DNA of 45,164 bases from Octopus bimaculoides (Eukaryota), in contig NC_068990.1 in NCBI RefSeq assembly GCF_001194135.2, positions 40,122,204 to 40,167,367 of the forward strand, written 5' to 3'. The notes beneath the pieces are model-generated. The model did not search any database. It was not told the DNA's origin and worked only from the letters and a program-made list of their open reading frames with translations. The position numbers were made by a program, and so were the translations under genes. Positions 1 through 12,359 of this stretch are shown in pieces. Each line of letters begins with the position of its first letter. The stretch's first letter is position 1.

Positions 1-304
1 TTATTGAGCGAAAACACCTAAAGTTCCACAAGGCTCCGGCAGGGGATGGTGGTGATCCCTGCTGTACTCTTTCACCACAACTTTCTCTCACTCTTTCTTC
101 CTGTTTCTGTTGTGCCTGTAATTCAAAGGGTCAGCCTTGTCACACTGTGTCACGCTGAATATCCTCAAGAACTACATTAAGGGTACACGTGTCTGTGGAG
201 TGCTCAGTCACTTGCACGTTAATTTCACGAGCAGGCTGTTCCGTTGATCGGATCAACTGGAACCCTTGACGTCGTAAGCGACGGAGTGCCAACAACAACA
301 ACAA
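1..304 (+). mobile_element. SINE family E, body and 3' end (5' head cut off by window edge), (CAA)n tail
   Basis: Colinear with 43843-44142, which carries a tRNA-like head; ends ...ccgttgatcggatcaactggaaccc...gacggagtgcc followed by (AAC)n. Confidence 0.85.
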
Positions 305-2444
305 ACATAAAGTTACTCAATCACATATATATATATTCAAGGAAAAAGTGAAATAAAAGTTTGACATTCATAACTTAGACGGAAGCATGAAAAGTGAAAT
401 GCTTGTAACCGAGATTTGAAACCCAGTTACTGCCTCCCAATTTTACTAGTAACTTATGCTCTACACTATGGAGCCGGATATCTTACCTAAAGCAAGCACA
501 CAATTAATATTATGTTATATTTGGCCATTAAAAGGCTTTCATGATATTTTGTCATTTCAATATGAATTTAATAAGTCTTTTCAATGTCAGCTCACTCTGA
601 TTCCCATTCTTGTTAAGACGTTTTTAAAGCAAGGCACAGGTGTATGAACGCTGAATAACTCAGCAGTGGTCGCACAACAAGAAATATTTCCAAAAGATGA
701 TTGCTATGAAGAAATGTGAAATGAAGTTTGTACAAACACTCAGTAACAGAGACACTATCACTAAATAACACATAGTCAGATATATNNNNNNNNNNNNNNN
801 NNNNNNNNNNNNNNNNNNNNNNNNNNNNNNNNNNNNNNNNNNNNNNNNNNNNNNNNNNNNNNNNNNNNNNNNNNNNNNNNNNNNNAGAGAGATGCATATA
901 CAATAAGTAGATATATAGATATGTATATGTGTGTTTACGTGTGTGTATTTTCATATATACACAAGCACATATACTCATATATATATATATATATATGTAT
1001 AGGTATCCATACAAAGGTGACACATGCAACTATAGATGTAAAGGAATGCGTGAGTACAGGGTATCGTAAAATGAAATACGGAAGCACAAACGTGCATACA
1101 ATGAAAAACCAGTAGACGGATGTAAGTCTGCTAGTGTACATTTATTTCTATCGAGCAGCAAGCTTAACATTCTGAAAATCCTATTAAGATAATCGGATTA
1201 ATTATAGCTTGCTTTTAACAAATTTTTAAGATTTTCTCGAAAACGGCGCTGTGAGAATGAAATTGTAATGTTTAATTGCTAGCACATATCCCTTAGTTAT
1301 TTGGCGGGCTGATCTTACATGGATGACCTGTGCCTCCACATAACATACGTACTCACATGCGCATGCCTGCACACAAACATACGAACAAACACACACGCAC
1401 ACACACTCAGTTATACACATGTTTAGTCGTATGTACAAACATATAAGTAAGTTTGTTTCTCACATACAAACACACTTATACATATGCCATTACAGACGTA
1501 TTTATAAGCATTTCTGTTTTATGCACACTAGTATGTTAGGACTTCTGTATATTGCGCATATATATACATACACCACAGACACGTAGCACACACACACACA
1601 CATACATATAGATAAATACATATGTACATACGTATATATATATATGTATATATATATATATANNNNNNNNNNNNNNNNNNNNNNNNNNNNNNNNNNNNNN
1701 NNNNNNNNNNNNNNNNNNNNNNNNNNNNNNNNNNNNNNNNNNNNNNNNNNNNNNNNNNNNNNNNNNNNNNNNNNNNNNNNNNNNNNNNNNNNNNNNNNNN
1801 NNNNNNNNNNNNNNNNNNNNNNNNNNNNNNNNNNNNNATGTGCGCGCGTGCCTGTGTGCTTGAAAATGTATGTGTACATATATACATCTACATAAAAAGT
1901 ATATATATATAGAGAGAGAGAGGGAGGAAAGATAAATAAATAGATACATACATACGCGCATGCACGCATACATACTAACATACATACATACATACATACA
2001 TACATACATACATACATACATAGGCAGACAGACAAATAAAGAAGCATATAGATAGGCCGATAGTTGAGTATTTAAAGTCACAAAACCACGTAGCTATCCT
2101 GGTCATTTCTCCTATTGACAGAACCGAACGAAAAATATCTGAGACCGTTCCATCGTAACAGGACACTCAGCTGGTACAAACGTGGAAGCAAAGGTTATCT
2201 TAGTACACCCTGCCCAGAAGTTCTGGAAAATTCGTTAAAAGTGAATACTACGAATGCTATGTTAGATATTTGTCCGAAATTTCAAAGATCACACGTTCGT
2301 AACGAGGTACTATTACTGAGGATTTTTCTTTCTTTTCTTTTTCTTTTTAAGTTCCTGTCCCACATACGAAATGTATTTACAGAGATGTATTTGTACATCA
2401 GTTTAAAGGCATGACAGACGACTAAATAACCGGGCAATTGGTTG

Positions 2445-2650
2445 ATGGGAGAATGGCTGAATCGCTAAAGCATTGGTCAAATTTATATTTGTTGTTACGC
2501 AAATTATCCTTATTTGTTGATATGCTTCTCGTTTTGATTTCAAACATCGCCGAAATCAATTGTACTTTCATCCGCTTTGCTCGAGGACACATGGTGCCAA
2601 TCAAATAGAGTTTTCCATTCAATCGACTCAAAACTTTTCCATATTTCCCA
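2445..2650 (+). mobile_element. Highly diverged SINE family A copy
   Basis: gagaatggctgaatcgcta...gttttgatttcaaacatcgccgaaatcaattgtactttcatcc aligns loosely with gagctggcagaaacgtta...gttctgagttcaaattccgccgaggtcgactttg of the 6686-6900 copy; followed by (TTA)n. Confidence 0.45.
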
Positions 2651-2651
2651 G

Positions 2652-3010
<359 letters not shown>

Positions 3011-3013
<3 letters not shown>

Positions 3014-3317
3014 GTTTAACTTTTGCTTTGTATTTGTAGAAATTGGCTCCAAGTCTCACGCAGACACCTCAAGCGACAACAAGTTAGAAGTTCATGTTGG
3101 TGCTATGCCCACGGTGCCATATATTTGGTCTTTCACATAGTAATGTTCTAGAGAATGTTTAAGAAAACATAAGAAAATGTGTTTGTTTTAGTATTTGAGA
3201 TTATATAGACAGTATTTTCCGTAGGATATGGGCAGTTCCCATGAGCGTCATCTTTTGAATTTCTACCATTTTGGGGTTTCCTGGCATCTGAGCTAAGTAA
3301 CAATCAGCCCCTTTTGC

Positions 3318-3318
<1 letters not shown>
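3011..3318 (-). mobile_element. 5'-truncated R4/Dong-like non-LTR retrotransposon: ORF C-terminus plus 3' UTR
   Basis: Minus strand 3318-3201 reads AKGADCYLAQMPGNPKMVEIQKMTLMGTAHILRKILSI*, the typical end of RLE-type ORFs (EIQK..L.GTAHILRK); about 190 nt of UTR follows; (TAA)n on both flanks. Confidence 0.8.
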
Positions 3319-3380
<62 letters not shown>

Positions 3381-4055
3381 GATTAGCAATTACATTTTAA
3401 TATCATTTTCCATTTTATATCTTTTAATATTTCATTCCATTCTCTGCCCAGCTTTTTTTTTTACCCTGTTTGTGTTATTCTTATTCCTTCGTGTTGTTGT
3501 TGTAAATTTTTTTTTCATTGTTGTTATTGACATTAATTTTTTTCATTTATTATTTTTTTCCTAATATTATTTGTATTAATATTCTAGAATTTATTGCTAT
3601 TCTTCTCCTTTATCTTTTTTATTATTTTCCCCCTCCTCCTCCCCTCCTCCTCCTCCGCTCTTCTAGATGTGACTCATGCGATGAAAAATAATTCAATTAA
3701 AAAAGAGACACGATATAATAACCAAGTATAATATAAAAAAATAAACAAACGTTATTCCAGCATTGCTATTCTCCATCGATAAATCGATATATTTATTTTG
3801 AAATCCTTCATCTTTAACTCTTCCTTGTATCATCTCTGTTATATTGTGTGCTTAATATTTCGGGCATTGTAGATTTATCAGAGATACTGTTGATAACATC
3901 ATGTTTTCTCCTTGTCTTATTGTTCATACATGCTTTGCATTCATTGCGTAAATGAAAGACATTGTTGAATTTTGTCTGCTTGACGTATCGCACGTATTCC
4001 TATTGTATTTAGCGTAGCCTAAGTTATATATGTATACGTGTGTGCGTGTTTGGTG

Positions 4056-4265
4056 GTACGTGTCCTAGTGGTTAGAGTGTGGCACTCACGACCACTAGAT
4101 CGTGGTTTCGATTCCGGAACAGGGCAGTTAATTGTGTACTTGAGCAAAACACTTTATTTAAAGTTGCTCCAGTTTAATCTGCTGTAAATGGGTAGCCCTA
4201 CAGCGATGTAGCCTTCCGATCAGTCGGAAGTGCATCGTGACCAGTGATGTAAAACAACATCGATA
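4056..4265 (+). mobile_element. tRNA-derived SINE family C
   Basis: A-box-like cctagtggttag, B-box ggtttcgattcc, then a CORE-like block tgtgtacttgagcaaaacact...ctgtaaatgggta. Confidence 0.7.
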
Positions 4266-4271
4266 GACTAC

Positions 4272-4529
4272 TTTTCTGATCAATAGGTATCCGGATTCTT
4301 ACCATAGTAACGAAGCTAAAGAACGTAACGTGAAGCCGTTTGGCACGGATTGACCTTGAACTCCGCTGTGCATGCGCACTAAGTTTTGGCGTTCTAGCTC
4401 ACAGCTTGGAAAGAAGTTGTGTAGCGTGTGAGCGTCCCATTGACCATGGCAGAGTTAGTTCAGCGGAAAATCGGCATCAAATTTTGCCAAAAGCTTGGTG
4501 ATATCTTCTCAGAGTCCTACGCAAAGTTT
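4272..4529 (+). mobile_element. Mariner transposon 5' fragment (TIR remnant and transposase N-terminus)
   Basis: ATG at 4446 gives MAELVQRKIGIKFCQKLGDIFSESYAK (mariner QR..IKFC.KLG motif); ctgatcaataggtatccgga near 4278 resembles a mariner TIR. Confidence 0.75.
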
Positions 4530-4980
4530 TCAAAAAGTTTTCATCGTTCTCAACACAATCAAGATTTTGTACAACTGAAACCCGAGTGTCTTTTTGGTCA
4601 ACTGAAAGCAGTATTAGCTCAAACTTGGCAGACACGCGTTTCATACCCAAAACTTCAGTGATAATGGACTGAACTGAACCCTAACTAATCTGCACATCCT
4701 CTGATAACTCATGGATGGTAATTCGAAGATTCCCCCTCACAGCTGCATGCACATCTGCGATGTTTTTCTCAGTTCTACTGGTTGCGGGCCTCACAGAACC
4801 TTCGTCAATATCGACCTATTTTCGGCCATTTCGAGAAGTCTAAATCACTCGTATACTTGTGTGCAGCTCATACACTCCTCTCCATACACTTTCCGCAACT
4901 TTGCGTCAGCCTCTGAGCAAGTATCGCAATAACAACTTTCTCTGTCATGGTCAAAGCGACGATCACACGCTACAGACCTT
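4522..4980 (-). mobile_element. Mariner transposase pseudogene fragment (HTH region)
   Basis: Minus strand, with stops and frameshift: AKLRKVYGEECMSCTQVYE*F ... RPATSRTEKNIADVHAAVRGNLRITIHELSEDVQIS*GSVQSIITEVLGMKRVSAKF...QKDTRV...ENDENFLKTL. Confidence 0.9.
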
Positions 4981-5144
4981 TCTGGTGGCGGCGGTGGTGG
5001 TGGTGGTTGTTGGTGGTTGGTCTCCATCAGCAACGAAAAGGAATGAAAACGAAAATAACTGATATACGTAAGTGAGTAAACTTGTGATTGGGCTGCATTA
5101 TAAATAGAATATGTATTCAATAAGACATGGAGGAGAGAAATACG

Positions 5145-5202
<58 letters not shown>

Positions 5203-5316
5203 TGTTGGATGGGGAGGAAATGGGTAAAAGAGGGAGACGGACAGGTAGACAGACAGACAGACAAATACACATACAGGAAGATGGAGAAATAGATTGATAG
5301 GAAGGTAGAAAGCTTG

Positions 5317-5349
<33 letters not shown>

Positions 5350-6015
5350 CTGATTGACTGATTAACAGACAAATATANNNNNNNNNNNNNNNNNNNNNNN
5401 NNNNNNNNNNNNNNNNNNNNNNNNNNNNNNNNNNNNNNNNNNNNNNNNNNNNNNNNNNNNNNNNNNNNNNNNNNNNNNNNNNNNNNNNNNNNNNNNNNNN
5501 NNNNNNNNNNNNNNNNNNNNNNNNNNNNNNNNNNNNNNNNNNNNNNNNNNNNNNNNNNNNNNNNNNNNNNNNNNNNNNNNNNNNNNNNNNNNNNNNNNNN
5601 NNNNNNNNNNNNNNNNNNNNNNNNNNNNNNNNNNNNNNNNNNNNNNNNNNNNNNNNNNNNNNNNNNNNNNNNNNNNNNNNNNNNNNNNNNNNNNNNNNNN
5701 NNNNNNNNNNNNNNNNNNNNNNNNNNNNNNNNNNNNNNNNNNNNNNNNNNNNNNNNNNNNNNNNTTTATACCGGACAGAGAGAGTTTGAGAGGAGAAATG
5801 TACTTTTTGGGAGAATCATCAATATTAATGCGGGTACACGCATTTAAGCAATGTCACGTGCCATATTAGTTGCGATGTAGAGACAAGTTTCTTTTCAATT
5901 GATAAAGCAGCGATGTGGCTTTAACCCCCACCGTCTTACTTACCAACGCATTTTAAAATTTCCTTCGCAACCTTTCTCTTCCATCCTGTATTTATTTATT
6001 CATTTAGTTATTTAC

Positions 6016-6046
<31 letters not shown>

Positions 6047-6263
6047 TTTCCTTTATATTATTTCCCGTTTTTGATTCGCTTTTTTACGATCCTTATACAA
6101 TGTTCATGCCGATCGCCATTTTATAATTTTATTCCCATTGACTCTCGTTCTTTCATTGAAGAATTTTCGTATTTTCCTTCATTTCGTTTTTATATTCTTA
6201 TATTTTTATATTTTTATATTTTTGCCATCTTTTATCTTTTCTCTTTTTGTTTGTTCGTTTTAT

Positions 6264-6455
6264 TTCTTTCAGTCATTAGCTACGACCATGCTGGAGCACC
6301 GGCTTGAAGGGTTTAGTTGAACAAATCACTCCCGCTACTTAAACGTCGGATACTTATTGCATTGGACTCTTTTATCGAACTGCTAATTTACGGTGACATA
6401 AACAAACCGACAACGGTTGTCAAGTTTGAGGGGGAACAAACACAAACACTAAGAC
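6264..6455 (-). mobile_element. SINE-like family B (3' part)
   Basis: ttcagtcatt...accatgctggagcacc...gaactgctaa...taaacaaacc...ttgtcaag; shares blocks with 33264-33322, 38845-38896 and 44510-44670. Confidence 0.7.
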
Positions 6456-6504
6456 ACCCGCACACACTCATGCTCACACAATCACACACATACAGATATG
6501 TATA

Positions 6505-6672
6505 CAGCAGTCTTCATGCAGTCTCTTCCTACCAAATTTACTCACATTGCATTAATCAGCCCAGAGCCATAACAGAGGTTATTTGCCCCAGATGCCGCGG
6601 GCTGGATCTGAACCCCAGTTCACATGTTTGCAAGACAAGCTTCTTAGCTCCACGGTAATACCAGCACCTATA
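6505..6672 (-). mobile_element. Diverged CORE-type SINE family D
   Basis: Reverse complement taggtgctgg...aagaagcttgtc...ggttcag...gcggcatctggggcaa...tttggtaggaagagactg aligns to 44936-45098. Confidence 0.6.
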
Positions 6673-6685
6673 TAAAATTATTTTA

Positions 6686-6900
6686 GGGCAGCGAGCTGGC
6701 AGAAACGTTATAACGCCGGGGCGAAATTCTTGGCGCTTTTTTGTCTGCCTTTACGTCCTGAGTTCAAATTCCGCCGAGGTCGACTTTGTCTTTTATCATT
6801 TCGGGGTCGATAAATTAAGTACCAGTTGCGTTCTGGAATCGATTTACTCGACTGACTCCCTACCACAAAATTTTGGTCCTTGTGCCTAGAGTAGAAAAGT
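6686..6900 (+). mobile_element. Full-length tRNA-derived SINE family A
   Basis: ggcagcgagctggcagaaacg head, B box gagttcaaattcc, central ttcggggtcgataaattaagtaccagt, end ccttgtgcctagagtagaaaag; 10 or more related copies in window. Confidence 0.85.
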
Positions 6901-6911
6901 ATATTTTTTTA

Positions 6912-6988
6912 AGGCGGCGAGCTGGCAGAAACGTTAGGACGCCGGTCGAAATGCTTAGCGGTATTTTGTCTGGCGTTACGTTCTGAGT
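6912..6988 (+). mobile_element. SINE family A head (3'-truncated), directly behind the previous copy
   Basis: aggcggcgagctggcagaaacgttaggacgccggtcgaaatgcttagcggtatttt...gttctgagt. Confidence 0.8.
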
Positions 6989-7261
6989 ATACAATTTTTT
7001 TCTCTAATTTATATATTTCCTTGCATGTTATTACTATTCTTTTATTTATTTTTGTTTGTTTTGGTTTGCATTTACTTTGTTTCATTAACATGGTCATATT
7101 TATTTCTGTACGGTCTTTTTTTCTCATCTTCCTTATTTTTTTTCATTTTTTTTTCTTTCTGTGACCGATGTCTTTCTTCATCTCTTTGGATTTCTTTCGA
7201 ATATTTTACCAATTCAATATGTCCTCATCCTCCTTTTAAACCTTTACATTCCACTTTTCCA

Positions 7262-7429
7262 TCTTCCTTCCTCCACCTCCAACTCCACCTCCTCCTCCTC
7301 CTTCTTCTTCTTCTTCTTCTTCTTCTTCTTCTCTTTCTTCTTCTTCTTCTTCTTCTTTTTCTTCTTCTTCTTCTTCTTCTTCTTCTTCTTCTTCTCCTCC
7401 TCCTCCTCCTCTTACCATTATTACCATTA

Positions 7430-7469
<40 letters not shown>

Positions 7470-7566
7470 TACCACTGAATTTACTCTCAGTAGTAGTAGT
7501 GGTGATGATTGTGGTAGTAATGGTGGTGGTGGTGGTGGTAGTGATGGTGATGGTAGTTGTAGTAGT
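7262..7566. repeat. Compound trinucleotide tract (CCT)-(CTT)-(CCT)-(TAC)-(CAC), then (GTA/GTG)
   Basis: Directly visible. Confidence 0.9.
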
Positions 7567-7814
7567 GAATCTAATACAACAATTTCTTTCTCTTCATCTT
7601 TTGTATGTTTATTCTTCCCCTCATACCTCCACCCCCTGTATTTAAACCTTCACCCCCTCCTCTTTATTACTCTTTCGTACATTTTTTGCTCACATTTTTT
7701 ACCTTTATTTATTTATTTATTTGCTTCGGCTCCGTTATTTCATTAAACGTTAGTCGTGTCTTATCGAATATTCTTTCCTGAATGTCCTCACTGTTTGCGA
7801 TTTCGAAATCTTTG

Positions 7815-8098
7815 CTGTTGACCACGACGCTGTTGACGATGGATTTGTTGCTGATGATGATGCTGTTTGTTGTGTTAACGATGACGACGATGATAATAAC
7901 AATGATGGTGATGACGATGATGAAGACGATGATGATGATGATGATGACGATGATGATGATGATGATGATGATGACGACGACGACGACGACGATGATGATG
8001 ATAATGATGATAATGATGATGATGATGATGAGGATGACGACGACGACGATGATGATGACGATGATGATGATGATGATGACGATGATGATGTTGATGAC

Positions 8099-8130
<32 letters not shown>

Positions 8131-8450
8131 TGATGATGATGATGATTACGATAATAATGATACTGCTGCTTCTGCTGCTGCTTCTGCTGCTGCTTTTGCT
8201 GCTGCTTCTCCTGCTGCTACTGCTGCTGCTGATGATGATGATGGTAATAGCGGTAGAGAGGAGGAAGAGGCAGTAGTGGTAGAGGTGGGGTGGCGGTGGT
8301 GGTAGCGATGATGATGCTGATACTAATGATGATGATGATCTCAGGGACGATAACACGACAACACCACCGACCATGACAAGGATGAAGAAGAAACGAGGAT
8401 GAAGGGGAGGAGAACTGCTTGACGAAGATGAGGATGAGGATGCTGATCAC
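7815..8450. repeat. Compound (GAT/GAC)n and (GCT)n tract
   Basis: Directly visible; source of poly-M/T/I/V ORFs. Confidence 0.9.
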
Positions 8451-9726
8451 TACCAACAGTTAACGTTAATGTTTATATTTTTGTAGTTTAATTATTTTTT
8501 TCCCATTGGTTTCATAAAAATTTCTAAACATATATGCAAATTTTCCAGCTTTTGTCATTTGATAAAAATTTAAAAAAATATGCAAAAATATACAAAGAAC
8601 AAAAATAAAATAAATAAATAAATAAACAAGCTAGCATACGAACAAAAGATGTAAACAAATAAAAAAAAGGAAAACATGGAATATAAATATAAATAGATCN
8701 NNNNNNNNNNNNNNNNNNNNNNNNNNNNNNNNNNNNNNNNNNNNNNNNNNNNNNNNNNNNNNNNNNNNNNNNNNNNNNNNNNNNNNNNNNNNNNNNNNNN
8801 NNNNNNNNNNNNNNNNNNNNNNNNNNNNNNNNNNNNNNNNNNNNNNNNNNNNNNNNNNNNNNNNNNNNNNNNNNNNNNNNNNNNNNNNNNNNNNNNNNNN
8901 NNNNNNNNNNNNNNNNNNNNNNNNNNNNNNNNNNNNNNNNNNNNNNNNNNNNNNNNNNNNNNNNNNNNNNNNNNNNNNNNNNNNNNNNNNNNNNNNNNNN
9001 NNNNNNNNNNNNNNNNNNNNNNNNNNNNNNNNNNNNNNNNNNNNNNNNNNNNNNNNNNNNNNNNNNNNNNNNNNNNNNNNNNNNNNNNNNNNNNNNNNNN
9101 NNNNNNNNNNNNNNNNNNNNNNNNNNNNNNNNNNNNNNNNNNNNNNNNNNNNNNNNNNNNNNNNNNNNNNNNNNNNNNNNNNNNNNNNNNNNNNNNNNNN
9201 NNNNNNNNNNNNNNNNNNNNNNNNNNNNNNNNNNNNNNNNNNNNNNNNNNNNNNNNNNNNNNNNNNNNNNNNNNNNNNNNNNNNNNNNNNNNNNNNNNNN
9301 NNNNNNNNNNNNNNNNNNNNNNNNNNNNNNNNNNNNNNNNNNNNNNNNNNNNNNNNNNNNNNNNNNNNNNNNNNNNNNNNNNNNNNNNNNNNNNNNNNNN
9401 NNNNNNNNNNNNNNNNNNNNNNNNNNNNNNNNNNNNNNNNNNNNNNNNNNNNNNNNNNNNNNNNNNNNNNNNNNNNNNNNNNNNNNNNNNNNNNNNNNNN
9501 NNNNNNNNNNNNNNNNNNNNNNNNNNNNNNNNNNNNNNNNNNNNNNNNNNNNNNNNNNNNNNNNNNNNNNNNNNNNNNNNNNNNNNNNNNNNNNNNNNNN
9601 NNNNNNNNNNNNNNNNNNNNNNNNNNNNNNNNNNNNNNNNNNNNNNNNNNNNNNNNNNNNNNNNNNNNNNNNNNNNNNNNNNNNNNNNNNNNNNNNNNTA
9701 TATATATATCTATTTTATTTTATATC

Positions 9727-9751
9727 CGCAACCACCACCACCACCACCACC

Positions 9752-9794
<43 letters not shown>

Positions 9795-9858
9795 TTGCCA
9801 CTACAACAACAAGAACTACTACTACCACCACCACCGCAACAACTACTACTACCAGCGT

Positions 9859-9890
<32 letters not shown>

Positions 9891-9982
9891 TCACTAATAC
9901 TACTACTACAATTGCTGTCGTTGCAGCTGCGACTGCTGCTACTGGTGCTGCTGCTGCTACAGCAACAACAACTTCTACTATA

Positions 9983-10026
<44 letters not shown>

Positions 10027-10392
10027 CACTACTACAATTGTTGCTGCTACTAGTGCTGCAACTATAACCAGAAGGCCACGTGTCACCACTTCCTACATGT
10101 TACCACCATTAACGCCAACTCAATTAAATAACAAGAGTAACTGCCACAACTACAATCATGAGCAACACTAACAACAACAACAACAACAATATTGTTATCA
10201 CAACGAGAGCCACCACCACCACCACCACCACCACCACTACTAATATTATCGCCGACACCACCACCCTTACGGAAGTAACCAACACCACGATAACAAACAA
10301 CAATATCAAAGGACACGATAGCAACAGTAGCGACAACATTAATAATTCCAACATCACACCTCTAGCCTCTGATGCTATACCCAATCACAGTA

Positions 10393-10422
<30 letters not shown>
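9727..10422. repeat. Compound (CAC)/(TAC)/(CTG)/(CAA) tract
   Basis: Directly visible. Confidence 0.9.
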
Positions 10423-10424
<2 letters not shown>

Positions 10425-10656
10425 GAATATACTTTTGCTGTTGTCTACATACCGAGGCTATTCTTTCTATGTGATTGCTTGATCTGCTAGAAATAACAAT
10501 GAATTTTATGAACTTAAAAGTTATAGGATACTTTGTACTGAGGTCACGGCCGAAACGTCTTTGATCTTAGGTTTAAGGGGCCTGGAGTGAAAGCACCGAC
10601 TATAGTTACTACGGCTCCCAATGCTTCTACTTTACAATAGTAACAACAACAACAAT

Positions 10657-10826
10657 AATGGTTTAAAATTTTGGCACAAGGCCAGCAATTTCGGAGGGAG
10701 TATGTTAGGCGATTACATCAACCCCGTTACTCAACTTATCTCAACTTCGTCGACCTCGAAGGAATTTGAACTCAGAACGTAAAGAAAGAAGAAGTATATC
10801 TCTAAGCATTTTGTCCGGCATGCTAA
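10657..10826 (-). mobile_element. SINE family A copy (internal deletion)
   Basis: atggtttaaaattttggcacaaggccagcaatttc...gtcgacctcgaaggaatttgaactcagaacgtaaag...taagcattttgtccggcatgctaa. Confidence 0.75.
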
Positions 10827-10842
10827 TAATGATAATAATAAA

Positions 10843-11051
10843 CCTTTTTGCTATAGGCACAAGACCTGGAATTTTAGGGTTGAGGTTAAGTCGATTACAT
10901 CGACCCCAGTGCGTAACTGGTACTTATTTCATTGAGCCCGAAAGAATGAAAGGCAATGTCGACATCGGCGGAATTTGAACTCAGAACGTGAGGACGGACG
11001 AAATGCCGCTGAGCATTTCGCCCGGCGTGCTAACGATTCTGCCAGATCACT
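10843..11051 (-). mobile_element. Full-length SINE family A copy
   Basis: ataggcacaag...taagtcgattacatcgaccccagtgcgtaactggtacttat...ggcggaatttgaactcagaacg...gctaacgattctgccag is the reverse complement of the 6686 copy. Confidence 0.85.
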
Positions 11052-11074
11052 GTCGAATAATAATAATGATTTTA

Positions 11075-11180
11075 ATAATGGTTTCAAATTTTGGTACCAG
11101 GCCAGCAAGTTCGGTGGAGGTGTGAATCGATTACATTGACCTCAGTGTATAACTGGTACATATTTCATGGACCCCGGAAG
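11075..11180 (-). mobile_element. SINE family A 3' half
   Basis: aatggtttcaaattttggtaccaggccagcaagttc...atcgattacattgacctcagtgtataactggtac. Confidence 0.7.
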
Positions 11181-12359
11181 TATTTTGTCAAACGCGCTGG
11201 TGTCTCTGCTGGATCATAGCATTCAGCAAAGTTTTAAATAATGACACCTGTCAAAATGGTGCAGAAACCTTTCAAAGAGAAATCAAAGAGGAAAAATATA
11301 TGAAGAGAAAGGTGCCAGTAGATTATTTGTCATTGAAAAACACATTGTTGAGAGTCTAAGGTTTCTTTCGGTAAAGGATTTTGGATAGCCGAGTGATAAA
11401 GTCGACGACCCAAGCAGAAGATGGCGGGATTTGAGCACAGAAGGTACAGAGCTAGTATAAGTAAGACATGTGGTCCGAATGCAGTCGAACGTTCTTATAT
11501 TTTCGCAAATCGACTTCCATCGCTTGAATCTATATTTGCTTCGTTTTCTCCGTCTCCGGAAAAGCAATTTGACCATGACAGAATTTGAAATCAAAGCTCG
11601 GAGAATCAGAACAATTTCCTCGAGATAGTTCTGCTATTCGACTTTCTAACGACTTTTTCAAGTCGCCGCAAAGATCTGTAGCAATTTTTTTGTCCTCACG
11701 AGAAAGATAAATCAAGCTATCGGTGGTGTCCATCGCTAGAATCACGGGAAGGTGTCGAAAAATCATGAAAAATTATTAAAAGGTTTTATACAGAATATTA
11801 GTTAAAAGAACTGAGGACATACACTTCTTTTATCTGGCTAGGCCCTTATCAACATCTACTCAAGGAAAACGACATTTAGGATGGAGCGGGAGGTGATACT
11901 GTCCAGTAAATGTTCTGAAATATATATGAGGAGGGCGTGTGTGGGTTTACTCTCACCGTGAACTTGTTGGATGCGTACCACAACTGGCAAAGGACTTGAG
12001 TGACACGTTAGGGGTGCATATGAAGGTATGAACTCTAGGAAATTTCCTGAAAGGTTTCTAAGAAGGGCGCGAATAACCCTGAGCTTATCGTGTACCTGTT
12101 GACTGCATAGCGAAACTGGCGGCGGGCTTTTGCCAGTGTTTATTTGAATAATTTGATTTCCGGACCCTAGTATATGTTCCCCTCTTCGAACGATATATTT
12201 GTTTCTTTTCCTTCATGTTGTTCTATCGCCCGTTTTTTCTCAAACTCTCGCAATAATATATCAGTTCTTGTTTTTTTTTGTGTGTGTTTTGTTCTTTTTT
12301 AAGAAAAATTGATTCTTCTCATGTCACCTTGTCCTTCGTTATCCGGCAAATAATCAATT

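Noticed and set aside
3806-3985. 60-codon minus frame EYVRYVKQTKFNN...RKS* and its hydrophobic antisense frame
   Set aside because: Acceptor lacks a pyrimidine tract and no family is recognised; such lengths are expected by chance.
11283-11766. Two overlapping minus-strand ORFs (103 and 78 aa) in unique sequence
   Set aside because: No recognisable motif or splice structure, and part overlaps a degenerate SINE trace.
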